From the NCBI RefSeq assembly GCF_013122565.1, contig NZ_CP053258.1: DNA of 64,000 nucleotides. One strand, written 5' to 3'. The notes beneath the pieces are model-generated. The model was given only the letters and a program-made list of their open reading frames with translations. It made no database searches and was not told where the DNA came from. Source of the stretch: Escherichia coli (GTDB taxonomy: Bacteria; Pseudomonadota; Gammaproteobacteria; Enterobacterales; Enterobacteriaceae). This document shows positions 20,588 through 34,485 of this stretch, one piece after another. Position 1 is the stretch's first letter, and the number at the start of each line of letters is the position of its first letter. The translations under genes were made by a program, and so were the position numbers.

Positions 20588-21652
20588 TTAACTGTATGCA
20601 TGTAGCGTACGTTGGCAAAGTGCCGAACGTACGCAATCCTCTTTACCGAATCGGACGATCCCGACCATTTCATCTTCTTCGAAACGTTCCAGTGCGTCAC
20701 TTAATCCGGAGCGCACGCCGCGAGGTAAATCGCATTGCGTGATATCACCGTTAACGATAACCGTCACGTTCTCCCCGAGGCGGGTTAAAAACATTTTCAT
20801 TTGCGCGGCAGTCACATTCTGCGCCTCGTCAAGAATGACAACTGCATTTTCAAAGGTACGTCCACGCATATAGGCGAACGGCGCAATTTCCACCTTCCCT
20901 ATTTCCGGTCGCAGGCAGTACTGCATAAAGGAAGCCCCTAAGCGCCGGACCAGCACGTCGTATACCGGGCGAAAATAGGGAGCAAACTTTTCTGCGATAT
21001 CTCCAGGTAAGAAGCCAAGATCTTCATCGGCTTGCAGAACTGGACGGGTGACGATAATCCTGTCGACATCCTTATGTATCAGGGCCTCTGCCGCTTTTGC
21101 TGCGCTGATCCAGGTTTTTCCGCACCCGGCTTCGCCCGTAGCGAATATCAGCTGCTTACTCTCAATAGCCTTCAGATAGTGCAATTGCGCTTCATTTCGC
21201 GCGAGGATGGGCGAAGTATCGCGACTGTCGCGGGCCATACCAATGGCTTCTACGCCGCTCATCTGCACAAGCGAGGTGACCGATTCTTCTTCACGCTGCT
21301 TATGGCTGCGCGAATCCCGTCTCAGCACACGTTTTGCCTCGCGACGAGCTTTGATCACTGCTTTTTGTCTTCCCATGGAGAGCACCTTGAGTTGTTTGTA
21401 TTCATCACACGCGCCGTTGGCAGCGCGATTATGCGCACGAACATCAGAGGGTTGGCTTCCTTGTAAGCCATAGTTTGCTTTTGGATAAAATGCCGAAAAA
21501 CGGCTACGCGCACCGTTTACGGCGTCGGTAACACATGAAAAGAAAGGATGAGGTTGAAAATGCAAAGTGACGAGATGACTACCGGAGGAGAAAACTCCGC
21601 GAGTGGTGGCGCGTTGATTATCTAAAACATGTCCAGTACAGGACGTTACCAT
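20588..21652 (-). CDS. phoH: PhoH, phosphate-starvation-inducible ATPase
   Basis: 354 aa; matches K-12 PhoH (MVTSCTGHVLDNQRATTRGVF...); Walker A GEAGCGKT. Confidence 0.95.
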   Translation of the reverse strand: MVTSCTGHVLDNQRATTRGVFSSGSHLVTLHFQPHPFFSCVTDAVNGARSRFSAFYPKANYGLQGSQPSDVRAHNRAANGACDEYKQLKVLSMGRQKAVIKARREAKRVLRRDSRSHKQREEESVTSLVQMSGVEAIGMARDSRDTSPILARNEAQLHYLKAIESKQLIFATGEAGCGKTWISAAKAAEALIHKDVDRIIVTRPVLQADEDLGFLPGDIAEKFAPYFRPVYDVLVRRLGASFMQYCLRPEIGKVEIAPFAYMRGRTFENAVVILDEAQNVTAAQMKMFLTRLGENVTVIVNGDITQCDLPRGVRSGLSDALERFEEDEMVGIVRFGKEDCVRSALCQRTLHAYS

Positions 21653-21800
21653 CCGCGATCTCCATAGTGACTGACTATCACTGCCGGGAACTTCCGCTGC
21701 TACTTAATAAGTACAACAGATCTCGCATTCATTGCAACAATATATTCACTTATATTTAACTATAAAACACCATTTTAGTGACATTAGTTTCTACTGGAAA

Positions 21801-21819
21801 GATGACAGAGTGATGACAG
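21801..21819 (-). promoter_or_regulatory. Pho box (PhoB binding site) upstream of phoH
   Basis: The + strand reads gatgacagagtgatgacag, which is the reverse complement of CTGTCATCACTCTGTCATC: two CTGTCAT direct repeats about 150 bp upstream of the phoH start. Confidence 0.6.
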
Positions 21820-21849
21820 AGATGAAAAAAGCTGTGTGCTTTCAGCAGG

Positions 21850-21995
21850 ATTCACATCAGGCATCAGTGCACGATCGCCGGATGCGGCGTGAACGCCTGA
21901 TCCAGCCTACCGACCCCGCACCGATTGTGGGCATGATAAGCAGCGCAAGCGCCACATCAGGCATCTGCGCACAAATGCCTTATCCGCCTAAAAAC
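21850..21995. repeat. Cluster of REP (repetitive extragenic palindromic) elements (BIME-like) between phoH and efeB
   Basis: REP-like palindromes gccggatgcggcgtgaacgcctgatccagcctac and gataagcagcgcaagcgccacatcaggcatc, plus a repeated ACATCAGGCATC motif. Confidence 0.6.
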
Positions 21996-21996
21996 A

Positions 21997-23268
21997 TTAA
22001 ACCCGCAATAACGCGCTTCCGAGATAATCATTCGCGTCCTTCACTCCCGGCAGCGCAAAAAAATAGCCGCCGCCGATAGGTTTAACGTATTCCTCCAGCG
22101 CTTCGCCATTGAGCCTTTTTTGTACTGTCAGGAAGCCTTTTTCCAGATCGTGCTGGTAGCAGACAAACAGCAACCCCATATCCAGTTGTCCGGAGTTGGT
22201 GACGCCCAGTGAATAACTGTAGCCACGACGCAGCATCAGGCTGGACTCACTCTCCGCCGTGCGGGGATTCGCCAGCCGGATATGGCTGTCCAACGCAATC
22301 ACCTTCCCTTCCGGGTCGCTGGCGTAATCAGGCACATCATGCTCATGCTGCATTCCCAGCGGCGCACCGGTTTGCTTATCACGGCCAAAAATCGTCTGCT
22401 GTTCTTTCAGCGGCGTTCTGTCCCAAAATTCCACTCGAAACTGAATCAAGCGTACTGCCTGATAGCTGCCACCGATTGTCCACGCAGGCTCCTGCTGATC
22501 TGCCGTTACCCACACCACTTTTTGCATCAACTTATCATTCTGGCTATCGGGATTGGCAGTGCCGTCTTTGAAACCCAGCAAATTAATCGGCGTCTCTTTG
22601 CCTTTACTACGCGCCGCGTGATCGGAAATAAACCCTTCCCGCTTCCAGCGCACACTGAGCAAATCCGGCGTGTGTTTGATGATATCGCGCAGCGCATGGA
22701 TAACCGTGTCCTGGGTGTTGGCGCAAATCTGTAGCAACACATCACCATGACATAACGCCGCATCCAGCGAGTCGTTGGGGAAACGCGTCATCTTCTGCAG
22801 CTTTTTTGGCATCTGTGGCGCAAGGCCAAAGCGCTCATCAAACAATGAGTGACCCACCGATAACGTGATGGTGAGATTATCGGGCGCAATGTAGCCGCCA
22901 AGAATGCCGGAATCGAGTGGTGGCAGGCGCGGATTTGGCGTTTCTGGTGCTGCTCCGCCCTGAGTCAGAAAAGCAAAACGCTGAGTCAACAAGCGAAACA
23001 ACCGCTCAAGATCGGCTTTATCGCTGGCAAGCACATCAAACGCCACCAGCATCATTGCGGCCTGTTGTGGCGTCAGGATCCCTGCCTGATGCTCACCATA
23101 AAACGGCTGTTTCTCATTGCGAGCATCCGGTGAAAGCGTACCCGGCGCACTTTGCGTTTTTTGTGCATGAGCGACCGGACAACTTCCCGCCAGCGCCAGT
23201 GCACCTATCACTTTCAGTAAACGTCGGCGTGACGGTTCATTCACGCCGTTTTCATCTTTATACTGCAT
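21997..23268 (-). CDS. efeB: EfeB, Tat-secreted DyP-type heme peroxidase/deferrochelatase of the EfeUOB ferrous iron transporter
   Basis: 423 aa; twin-arginine signal ([16 protein letters not shown]); matches K-12 EfeB (YcdB). Confidence 0.95.
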   Translation of the reverse strand: MQYKDENGVNEPSRRRLLKVIGALALAGSCPVAHAQKTQSAPGTLSPDARNEKQPFYGEHQAGILTPQQAAMMLVAFDVLASDKADLERLFRLLTQRFAFLTQGGAAPETPNPRLPPLDSGILGGYIAPDNLTITLSVGHSLFDERFGLAPQMPKKLQKMTRFPNDSLDAALCHGDVLLQICANTQDTVIHALRDIIKHTPDLLSVRWKREGFISDHAARSKGKETPINLLGFKDGTANPDSQNDKLMQKVVWVTADQQEPAWTIGGSYQAVRLIQFRVEFWDRTPLKEQQTIFGRDKQTGAPLGMQHEHDVPDYASDPEGKVIALDSHIRLANPRTAESESSLMLRRGYSYSLGVTNSGQLDMGLLFVCYQHDLEKGFLTVQKRLNGEALEEYVKPIGGGYFFALPGVKDANDYLGSALLRV

Positions 23269-23273
23269 AACGC

Positions 23274-24401
23274 TTAATCCAGTCCCAGCACACCGCGAAG
23301 TTGCGCCAGATCTTCCGCCAGCGCAGTAATCGGTCCTTTCAGTGCATTCCGGTCGGCATCGGTCAATTTGTCGTAGGTTTCAAAACCGTCTTTAGTACGG
23401 TATTTCGCCAGAATGGTATCGACCTTTTTAAAGTTGGCATCGACTTTTGCCAGCAGTTCCGGGTTGGCTTTTTGCAGTTGTGGACGCAGCAAATCGACAA
23501 TTTTCTGCGAGCCTTCAACGTTAGCCTGGAAATCCCACAGATCGGTGTGGCTGTAGCGATCTTCTTCACCGCTAATTTTGCTGGCTGCCACTTCCTCAAT
23601 CAGTCCGGCTGCGCCGCCGACCACTTTTGAAGGTGGGAAAGCCAGTTCACTGATGCGTTTTTGCAAATCGACCACATCGGTATAAAGCTGCTCAGCGTAC
23701 TGATCCATCCCTTTGGTGGTGTTGTCGCCAAACAATGCTTTTTCCAGACGGTGGAAACCAGTGAATTTTGGGTCGGCGGCTTTTTGCTCGTAATCATCTT
23801 CACGGGCGTCAATGCTGCCATCCAGATCGGAGAACAGTTCAGCAATCGGTTCAATACGCTCATAGTGCTGGCGCGTCGGTGCATACAGTGCTTTCGCTTT
23901 TTCGATATCGCCTGCTTTAATCGCGTCGGTAAAGGCTTTGGTGTCGGTCACCAGCTGCGTGGTTTCCGCCATGACATACGCTTTATATGCAGTAATTGCA
24001 CCACCAAGACTTAACAGCGCATCACTTTGCGCCGCATCCGCCGTTGCCTCACCTTTGACGATCAACTTCCCTTTCGGGTTAGTCAGCAGACCGCAGGTCA
24101 TATCGTATTCGCCAGGCTGTAAATTCGCCGTCATTTTCTGGCTAAAGCCAGGGGCGATATTTTCCCGCTCTTCCACCACCATCACGCCTTTGAGGATCTC
24201 CCACTCCAGCGCCTTCTGGCTGTGGTTCTGAATAATGAACTGTGTTTTCCCGGCGTTAACCGTAATGGTCATCGGTTCGCACTGCTTATCCGTCACGGTC
24301 ACTTTGACCTGCGGCACATCAGCGGCGTTAGCCATAAAAGCAGAAGAAAACAGCGCAGCCACGCTCAACTGCAATGCGTTACGGCGGAAGTTAATGGTCA
24401 T
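23274..24401 (-). CDS. efeO: EfeO, periplasmic iron-binding cupredoxin/M75 protein
   Basis: 375 aa; signal peptide; matches K-12 EfeO (YcdO). Confidence 0.95.
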   Translation of the reverse strand: MTINFRRNALQLSVAALFSSAFMANAADVPQVKVTVTDKQCEPMTITVNAGKTQFIIQNHSQKALEWEILKGVMVVEERENIAPGFSQKMTANLQPGEYDMTCGLLTNPKGKLIVKGEATADAAQSDALLSLGGAITAYKAYVMAETTQLVTDTKAFTDAIKAGDIEKAKALYAPTRQHYERIEPIAELFSDLDGSIDAREDDYEQKAADPKFTGFHRLEKALFGDNTTKGMDQYAEQLYTDVVDLQKRISELAFPPSKVVGGAAGLIEEVAASKISGEEDRYSHTDLWDFQANVEGSQKIVDLLRPQLQKANPELLAKVDANFKKVDTILAKYRTKDGFETYDKLTDADRNALKGPITALAEDLAQLRGVLGLD

Positions 24402-24458
24402 GACGAGACTATCCCTTTAAAGTATGTTGTAACTAAGCAAGAGTTTGCGTCGTATTTG

Positions 24459-25289
24459 TTACGCGGAGCGAGACGCTGTCGCCCCTGCGCGTGGTGGCAG
24501 AGCAAATGCCACCAGCGCCGGGATGAGATAAATAAACCAGACGGCGACTTCGCTGACGCTCGGCGCTTCCTGATAGCCAAAAATCCCTTCCATCAGCGTG
24601 CCAAACAGCGAGTGAGTTGAGAGCACCGCACTCATATCGAAGGCGATTTCCTGAAAGTGGTTCCACAATCCGGCTTCATGAAATGCGCGAATGGCACCAG
24701 CTGCCAGCCCTGCGGCGACGAAGAGAATAAACAGGCTGGTCCATTTAAAAAATGCACCAAGATTGAGGCGAATACCGCCCCAGTAGAGCAGGAAGCCTAG
24801 CACCACGGCAGTAGCAAGACCGAGCATTGCACCCAGCGGCGGCCAGATCCCGACATCTTGTTGAAATGCCGCCAGCAGGAAAAAGACCGACTCCAGCCCT
24901 TCCCTTGCAACGGCAAAAAAGACCATCATCACCAGCGCCCAGCCATGATGATTTCCACGCTGCAATGCGCTATCGACTGCCTGTTCCAGTTGCACTTTGA
25001 CGTTGCGCGACACTTTGCGCATCCAGAAAACCATCCAGGTAAGGATCACCACGGCGATCACCGCCACGATACCTTCAAACAGTTCCTGTTCTTTTTGCGG
25101 AAATTCGCCGGTGGTTTCGTTAATGAAGATACCCAAGCCCAGGCACAACGCAGCGGCAAGCAACACGCCAATCCACATCACACCAATCCATCGGCCTCGC
25201 TGGGTACGCTTAAGATAGCTGGCAATCAAACTGACAATCAGCGCGGCTTCAAGTCCTTCGCGCAACATAATGAGAAACGGAACAAACAT
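24459..25289 (-). CDS. efeU: EfeU, Ftr1-family ferrous iron permease; intact reading frame
   Basis: 276 aa from MFVPFLIMLREGLEAALIV... with two REGLE motifs (REGLEAAL, REGLESVF). A single uninterrupted ORF, unlike the frameshifted K-12 allele. Confidence 0.9.
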   Translation of the reverse strand: MFVPFLIMLREGLEAALIVSLIASYLKRTQRGRWIGVMWIGVLLAAALCLGLGIFINETTGEFPQKEQELFEGIVAVIAVVILTWMVFWMRKVSRNVKVQLEQAVDSALQRGNHHGWALVMMVFFAVAREGLESVFFLLAAFQQDVGIWPPLGAMLGLATAVVLGFLLYWGGIRLNLGAFFKWTSLFILFVAAGLAAGAIRAFHEAGLWNHFQEIAFDMSAVLSTHSLFGTLMEGIFGYQEAPSVSEVAVWFIYLIPALVAFALPPRAGATASRSA

Positions 25290-25346
25290 GCCACCCACCC
25301 TTAAACGTTTTTCTGAGTCAATCTATGCAAAGAAAAGTAAATCGCA

Positions 25347-25366
25347 GTGATAGCGATTATCATTAC
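25347..25366 (-). promoter_or_regulatory. Candidate Fur box in the efeU promoter region
   Basis: gtgatagcgattatcattac; its reverse complement TAATGATAATCGCTATC resembles the Fur consensus GATAATGATAATCATTATC. Lies 60-80 bp upstream of the efeU start. Confidence 0.5.
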
Positions 25367-25831
25367 GGCAAAGAAAAACACAAGCGGAATGTTTATAAAA
25401 TGATGTTGGAATGTAAACAAAGAGAGGTAATGCCAGGGGATATAAACGATTATTCCAGGGTAGAAAGATGGGATTGTTTGCAAAGAACCATGTGTTCTTG
25501 CCGGATGCCGCGTAAACGCCATATCCAGCCGACAAAACTGTCCAGACTCAATGCATCAGAGCTTCCATGTAAAACTGATAAGCGGGTGTATCAAGCAATT
25601 TCGTCCATCCGCGATTATCAAATCTAACTTTTTGCCCGGAACATAATAACAGCTCGGGTGTTGGTGGCGTCAAAATCGCTGAAGCGTTCCCCGAAGGCCG
25701 GGACAGCAGGGGGCGGCGGCGATTGGCCGCCCCCTGCGCGCTCCCTGCACCATTCAATTTATATGGCGAGGCACATTAAGGGAGCGCAACCCGCTGCTGA
25801 AGCCAAACAAAACCGCCGCAGGCTAAGTCCC

Positions 25832-27340
<1,509 letters not shown>

Positions 27341-27528
27341 CTAAAGTCTCCAAAAAATTATTATCGGCAATGTCGAAACTTGCCGTTATATCTGCCACCG
27401 GAACGGGGTAACAGAGTTTATGTTTTACCAGGGCGACCGTATCCTGCCGGAAGCGCTGGTTATTCACAATCGATTTAACACACCATTTACATTAAATTTT
27501 AGTGCTCAGCGACACTATTTTTCATCAG

Positions 27529-27736
27529 GTTGCACTCTCTCACATTTTTTGCGGTTGCACCTTTCAAAAATGTTAACTGTCGCAGAGAAAAAGTCTGAGT
27601 TATTTTTTTAATCCCTGTCATATCGATTTCTTTTATTAACATTTCATTCATTTTTAAGCTTGCTACGCAAGTCACATTTAACATGGTTGCACAAAGTTGC
27701 AACATCGTGGATATTTCACGATAACGTTAAGTTGCA
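27529..27736. promoter_or_regulatory. put control region with multiple PutA operator sites (GTTGCA) between the divergent putP and putA genes
   Basis: GTTGCA at 27529-27534, 27554-27559, 27686-27691, 27696-27701 (part of the palindrome GTTGCAAC) and 27731-27736. PutA's RHH domain is known to bind GTTGCA. Confidence 0.7.
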
Positions 27737-27762
27737 CCTTTCAGAACAACAGGAGTAATGGC

Positions 27763-30700
27763 ATGGGAACCACCACCATGGGGGTTAAGCTGGACGACGC
27801 GACGCGTGAGCGTATTAAGTCTGCCGCGACACGTATCGATCGCACGCCACACTGGTTAATTAAGCAGGCGATTTTTTCTTATCTCGAACAACTGGAAAAC
27901 AGCGATACTCTGCCGGAGCTACCTGCGCTGCTTTCTGGCGCTGCCAATGAGAGCGATGAAGCACCGACTCCGGCAGAGGAACCACACCAGCCATTCCTCG
28001 ACTTTGCCGAGCAAATTTTGCCCCAGTCGGTTTCCCGCGCCGCGATCACCGCGGCCTATCGCCGCCCGGAAACCGAAGCGGTTTCTATGCTGCTGGAACA
28101 AGCCCGCCTGCCGCAGCCAGTTGCTGAACAGGCGCACAAACTGGCGTATCAACTGGCCGATAAACTGCGTAATCAAAAAAATGCCAGTGGTCGTGCAGGA
28201 ATGGTCCAGGGGTTATTGCAGGAGTTTTCGCTGTCATCGCAGGAAGGCGTGGCGCTGATGTGTCTGGCAGAAGCGTTGTTGCGTATTCCCGACAAAGCCA
28301 CCCGCGACGCGTTAATTCGCGACAAAATCAGCAACGGTAACTGGCAGTCACACATTGGTCGTAGCCCGTCACTGTTTGTTAATGCCGCTACCTGGGGGCT
28401 GCTGTTTACTGGCAAACTGGTTTCCACCCATAACGAAGCCAGCCTCTCCCGCTCGCTGAACCGCATTATCGGTAAAAGCGGTGAACCGCTGATCCGCAAA
28501 GGTGTGGATATGGCGATGCGCCTGATGGGCGAGCAGTTCGTCACGGGCGAAACCATCGCGGAAGCGTTAGCCAATGCCCGCAAGCTGGAAGAGAAAGGTT
28601 TCCGTTACTCTTACGATATGCTGGGCGAAGCCGCGCTGACCGCCGCAGATGCACAGGCGTATATGGTTTCCTATCAGCAGGCGATTCACGCCATCGGTAA
28701 AGCGTCTAACGGTCGTGGCATCTATGAAGGTCCGGGCATTTCAATCAAGCTGTCGGCGCTGCATCCGCGTTACAGCCGCGCCCAGTATGACCGGGTAATG
28801 GAAGAGCTTTACCCACGTCTGAAATCACTCACCCTGCTGGCGCGTCAGTACGATATTGGTATTAACATCGATGCCGAAGAGGCCGATCGTCTGGAGATCT
28901 CCCTCGATCTGCTGGAAAAACTCTGTTTCGAGCCGGAACTGGCAGGCTGGAACGGCATCGGTTTTGTTATTCAGGCTTATCAAAAACGCTGCCCGTTGGT
29001 GATTGATTACCTGATTGATCTCGCCACCCGCAGCCGTCGCCGTCTGATGATTCGTCTGGTGAAAGGCGCGTACTGGGATAGTGAAATCAAGCGTGCGCAG
29101 ATGGACGGCCTTGAAGGTTATCCGGTTTATACTCGCAAGGTGTATACCGACGTTTCTTATCTTGCCTGTGCGAAAAAGCTGCTAGCGGTGCCAAATCTAA
29201 TCTACCCGCAGTTCGCGACGCACAACGCCCATACGCTGGCGGCAATTTATCAACTGGCAGGTCAGAACTACTATCCGGGTCAGTACGAGTTCCAGTGCCT
29301 GCATGGTATGGGCGAGCCACTGTATGAGCAGGTCACCGGGAAAGTTGCCGACGGCAAACTTAACCGTCCGTGTCGTATTTATGCTCCGGTCGGTACACAT
29401 GAAACGCTGCTGGCGTATCTGGTGCGTCGCCTGCTGGAAAACGGTGCTAACACCTCGTTTGTTAACCGTATTGCCGACACCTCTTTGCCACTGGATGAAC
29501 TGGTCGCCGATCCGGTCACTGCTGTAGAAACACTGGCGCAACAGGAAGGGCAAACTGGATTACCGCATCCGAAAATTCCCCTGCCGCGCGATCTTTACGG
29601 TCACGGGCGCGACAACTCGGCAGGGCTGGATCTCGCTAACGAACACCGTCTGGCCTCGCTCTCTTCTGCCCTGCTCAATAGTGCACTGCAAAAATGGCAG
29701 GCCTTGCCCATGCTGGAACAACCGGTAGCGGCTGGTGAGATGTCGCCCGTTATTAACCCTGCGGAACCGAAAGATATTGTGGGCTATGTGCGTGAAGCCA
29801 CGCCGCGTGAAGTAGAACAGGCGCTGGAAAGTGCGGTTAATAACGCGCCAATCTGGTTTGCCACTCCTCCGGCTGAACGCGCGGCAATTTTACATCGCGC
29901 TGCCGTGCTAATGGAAAGCCAGATGCAGCAACTGATTGGTATTCTGGTGCGTGAAGCCGGAAAAACCTTCAGTAACGCCATTGCCGAAGTGCGCGAAGCG
30001 GTCGATTTTCTCCACTACTACGCCGGACAGGTGCGGGATGATTTCGCTAACGAAACCCACCGTCCATTAGGGCCTGTGGTGTGTATCAGTCCGTGGAACT
30101 TCCCGCTGGCTATTTTTACCGGGCAGATCGCTGCCGCACTGGCGGCAGGTAACAGCGTGCTGGCAAAACCGGCAGAACAAACGCCGCTGATTGCCGCGCA
30201 AGGGATCGCCATTTTGCTGGAGGCGGGTGTACCGCCAGGCGTGGTGCAATTGCTGCCAGGTCGGGGTGAAACCGTGGGCGCGCAACTGACGGGTGATGAT
30301 CGCGTGCGCGGGGTGATGTTTACCGGTTCAACCGAAGTCGCTACGTTACTGCAACGCAATATCGCCAGCCGCCTGGACGCTCAGGGTCGCCCTATTCCGC
30401 TCATCGCTGAAACCGGCGGCATGAACGCGATGATTGTCGATTCTTCAGCACTGACCGAACAAGTCGTAATAGATGTGCTGGCCTCGGCGTTCGACAGTGC
30501 GGGTCAGCGTTGTTCGGCGCTGCGCGTGCTGTGCCTGCAAGATGAGATTGCCGACCACACGTTGAAAATGCTACGCGGCGCAATGGCCGAATGCCGGATG
30601 GGTAATCCGGGTCGCCTGACCACCGATATCGGTCCGGTGATTGATAGCGAAGCGAAAGCCAATATCGAGCGTCATATTCAGACCATGCGTAGCAAAGGCC

Positions 30701-31725
30701 GTCCGGTGTTCCAGGCGGTGCGGGAAAACAGCGAAGATGCCCGTGAATGGCAAAGCGGCACCTTTGTCGCCCCGACGCTGATCGAACTGGATGACTTTGC
30801 CGAATTGCAAAAAGAGGTTTTTGGTCCGGTGCTGCATGTGGTGCGTTACAACCGTAACCAGCTGCCGGAGCTGATCGAGCAGATTAACGCTTCCGGTTAT
30901 GGTCTGACGCTTGGCGTCCATACGCGCATTGATGAAACCATCGCCCAGGTCACTGGCTCGGCCCATGTTGGTAACCTGTATGTTAACCGTAATATGGTGG
31001 GCGCAGTGGTTGGTGTGCAGCCGTTCGGCGGCGAAGGGTTGTCCGGTACCGGGCCGAAAGCAGGCGGTCCGCTCTATCTCTACCGTCTGCTGGCGAATCG
31101 CCCGGAAAGTGCGCTGGCAGTAACGCTCTCGCGTCAGGATGCAGAGTATCCGGTCGATGCGCAGTTGAAAGCCGCATTGACTCAGCCGCTAAATGCACTG
31201 CGGGAATGGGCAGCAAATCGTCCAGAATTGCAGGCGTTATGTACGCAATATGGCGAGCTGGCGCAGGCAGGAACACAACGATTGCTGCCAGGGCCGACGG
31301 GTGAACGCAACACCTGGACACTGCTGCCGCGTGAGCGCGTATTGTGTATCGCGGATGATGAGCAGGATGCGCTGACTCAGCTCGCCGCCGTGCTGGCGGT
31401 GGGCAGCCAGGTACTGTGGCCGGATGACGCGCTGCATCGTCAGTTAGTAAAGGCATTGCCATCGGCAGTCAGCGAACGTATTCAACTGGCGAAAGTGGAA
31501 AATATAACCGCTCAACCCTTTGATGCGGTGATCTTCCACGGTGATTCGGATCAGCTTCGCGCATTGTGTGAAGCCGTTGCCGCGCGGGATGGCGCAATTG
31601 TTTCGGTGCAGGGTTTTGCCCGTGGCGAAAGCAATATCCTTCTGGAACGGCTGTATATCGAACGTTCGCTGAGTGTGAATACCGCTGCCGCTGGCGGTAA
31701 CGCCAGCTTAATGACGATCGGTTAA
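27763..31725 (+). CDS. putA: PutA, bifunctional proline dehydrogenase / P5C dehydrogenase and transcriptional repressor
   Basis: 1320 aa from MGTTTMGVKLDDATRERIK (N-terminal RHH domain). The ORF extends upstream to 27697, but an AGGAG SD precedes the ATG at 27763. Confidence 0.95.
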   Translation: MGTTTMGVKLDDATRERIKSAATRIDRTPHWLIKQAIFSYLEQLENSDTLPELPALLSGAANESDEAPTPAEEPHQPFLDFAEQILPQSVSRAAITAAYRRPETEAVSMLLEQARLPQPVAEQAHKLAYQLADKLRNQKNASGRAGMVQGLLQEFSLSSQEGVALMCLAEALLRIPDKATRDALIRDKISNGNWQSHIGRSPSLFVNAATWGLLFTGKLVSTHNEASLSRSLNRIIGKSGEPLIRKGVDMAMRLMGEQFVTGETIAEALANARKLEEKGFRYSYDMLGEAALTAADAQAYMVSYQQAIHAIGKASNGRGIYEGPGISIKLSALHPRYSRAQYDRVMEELYPRLKSLTLLARQYDIGINIDAEEADRLEISLDLLEKLCFEPELAGWNGIGFVIQAYQKRCPLVIDYLIDLATRSRRRLMIRLVKGAYWDSEIKRAQMDGLEGYPVYTRKVYTDVSYLACAKKLLAVPNLIYPQFATHNAHTLAAIYQLAGQNYYPGQYEFQCLHGMGEPLYEQVTGKVADGKLNRPCRIYAPVGTHETLLAYLVRRLLENGANTSFVNRIADTSLPLDELVADPVTAVETLAQQEGQTGLPHPKIPLPRDLYGHGRDNSAGLDLANEHRLASLSSALLNSALQKWQALPMLEQPVAAGEMSPVINPAEPKDIVGYVREATPREVEQALESAVNNAPIWFATPPAERAAILHRAAVLMESQMQQLIGILVREAGKTFSNAIAEVREAVDFLHYYAGQVRDDFANETHRPLGPVVCISPWNFPLAIFTGQIAAALAAGNSVLAKPAEQTPLIAAQGIAILLEAGVPPGVVQLLPGRGETVGAQLTGDDRVRGVMFTGSTEVATLLQRNIASRLDAQGRPIPLIAETGGMNAMIVDSSALTEQVVIDVLASAFDSAGQRCSALRVLCLQDEIADHTLKMLRGAMAECRMGNPGRLTTDIGPVIDSEAKANIERHIQTMRSKGRPVFQAVRENSEDAREWQSGTFVAPTLIELDDFAELQKEVFGPVLHVVRYNRNQLPELIEQINASGYGLTLGVHTRIDETIAQVTGSAHVGNLYVNRNMVGAVVGVQPFGGEGLSGTGPKAGGPLYLYRLLANRPESALAVTLSRQDAEYPVDAQLKAALTQPLNALREWAANRPELQALCTQYGELAQAGTQRLLPGPTGERNTWTLLPRERVLCIADDEQDALTQLAAVLAVGSQVLWPDDALHRQLVKALPSAVSERIQLAKVENITAQPFDAVIFHGDSDQLRALCEAVAARDGAIVSVQGFARGESNILLERLYIERSLSVNTAAAGGNASLMTIG

Positions 31726-31732
31726 ACAGGTA

Positions 31733-31760
31733 GCCGGAGGATGTTACAACCTCCTCCGGC
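31733..31760. terminator. Hairpin between the convergent putA and rutR genes
   Basis: gccggagg-atgttacaac-cctcctccggc inverted repeat followed by atcttt. Confidence 0.5.
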
Positions 31761-31764
31761 ATCT

Positions 31765-32403
31765 TTAACGTGGTCGAATCCCCTCAATAATAATCCGCTG
31801 CACGTTTTCAACCGTTTGAGTGAAAAATATCTCATCGCGCAACGTCGCGCCTGTCACCGCCTCCACCTGAGGGGCGAAATCGGCGTAATGTTGAGTGGAA
31901 GCCCAAATCATAAAAATCAAATGCTGCGGATCAATCGGCGCGAGTTTGCCGCTTTTGACCCAACCGGCAATCAGCGCCGATTTCTCATCAATTAATGCCT
32001 TCAAATCGCCCGTCAGTTCATCCATTAACAACGGCGCGCCTGCCAGCATCTCCATACAAAACAGACGTGAAGCCTGCGGATAATCGCGTGAGACTTCCAG
32101 CTTAAGACGGATGTACTCTTTGATCGCCGCCAGCGGGGCGAAATCTTCACGAAACGCTTTTAACGGTGCCAGCCAGATATCGAGAATCTGCCGCAGCACG
32201 GCAATATACAGCGCCTCTTTTGACGGAAAGTAATACAGCAGATTGGTTTTTGAAACACCCGCCAACTCTGCGATCTGCTCCAGCCGTGTGCCGTGAAAAC
32301 CGAATTGTGAAAAAGTGTCCAGTGCTGCGCTAAGAATCGCTTTTTTCTTCGCGCTTACTGCGCGCGAACGTTTACCCGTTGTTTTCACTGCGCCTTGCGT
32401 CAT
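31765..32403 (-). CDS. rutR: RutR, TetR-family repressor of the rut operon (pyrimidine utilisation)
   Basis: 212 aa from MTQGAVKTTGKRSR...; TetR HTH; matches K-12 RutR. Confidence 0.95.
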   Translation of the reverse strand: MTQGAVKTTGKRSRAVSAKKKAILSAALDTFSQFGFHGTRLEQIAELAGVSKTNLLYYFPSKEALYIAVLRQILDIWLAPLKAFREDFAPLAAIKEYIRLKLEVSRDYPQASRLFCMEMLAGAPLLMDELTGDLKALIDEKSALIAGWVKSGKLAPIDPQHLIFMIWASTQHYADFAPQVEAVTGATLRDEIFFTQTVENVQRIIIEGIRPR

Positions 32404-32509
32404 GCGCTCTCCCCTCTTGTAGATTGGCAACAGGATAGCAAAACCCCCGCCCGGCCTCGACCTTCTGCACTCTCATCGCGCACGGATGCATGTTTTATGT
32501 GCAACTGTT

Positions 32510-32525
32510 TTGACCGTTTAGTCCA
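32510..32525. promoter_or_regulatory. Candidate RutR operator
   Basis: TTGACCGTTTAGTCCA resembles the RutR consensus TTGACCAnnTGGTCAA. Lies between rutR and the rutA promoter. Confidence 0.4.
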
Positions 32526-32589
32526 CTTTTTTCCAGATATTTTATATAACCCAACATTAACACATTAATAACATTCACTTTTTAAAAAC

Positions 32590-32605
32590 TGGCATCCGCT
32601 TTGCA
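32590..32605 (+). promoter_or_regulatory. Sigma54 (-24/-12) promoter of rutA
   Basis: TGGCATccgctTTGCA matches TGGCAC-N5-TTGCA with the conserved GG and GC. The rut operon is known to be NtrC/sigma54-dependent. Confidence 0.65.
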
Positions 32606-32633
32606 AACAAGCCATTACGCGGCTGAAAAGGAT

Positions 32634-34474
<1,841 letters not shown>

Positions 34475-34485
34475 GGAGTTTAACG

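Noticed and set aside
21032-21473. ORFs antisense to phoH (144 and 88 codons)
   Set aside because: Overlap the confidently identified phoH on the opposite strand; no motifs.
25700-25740. Strong GC hairpin (gggggcggcggcgattggccgccccc) downstream of putP
   Set aside because: No adjacent U-run on either strand, so not confidently an intrinsic terminator; could be a REP-like structure. Left unannotated.
27919-31462. Numerous 60-160-codon ORFs within putA on both strands
   Set aside because: All lie inside the 1320-aa putA reading frame, which matches the known protein; typical antisense and out-of-frame noise.
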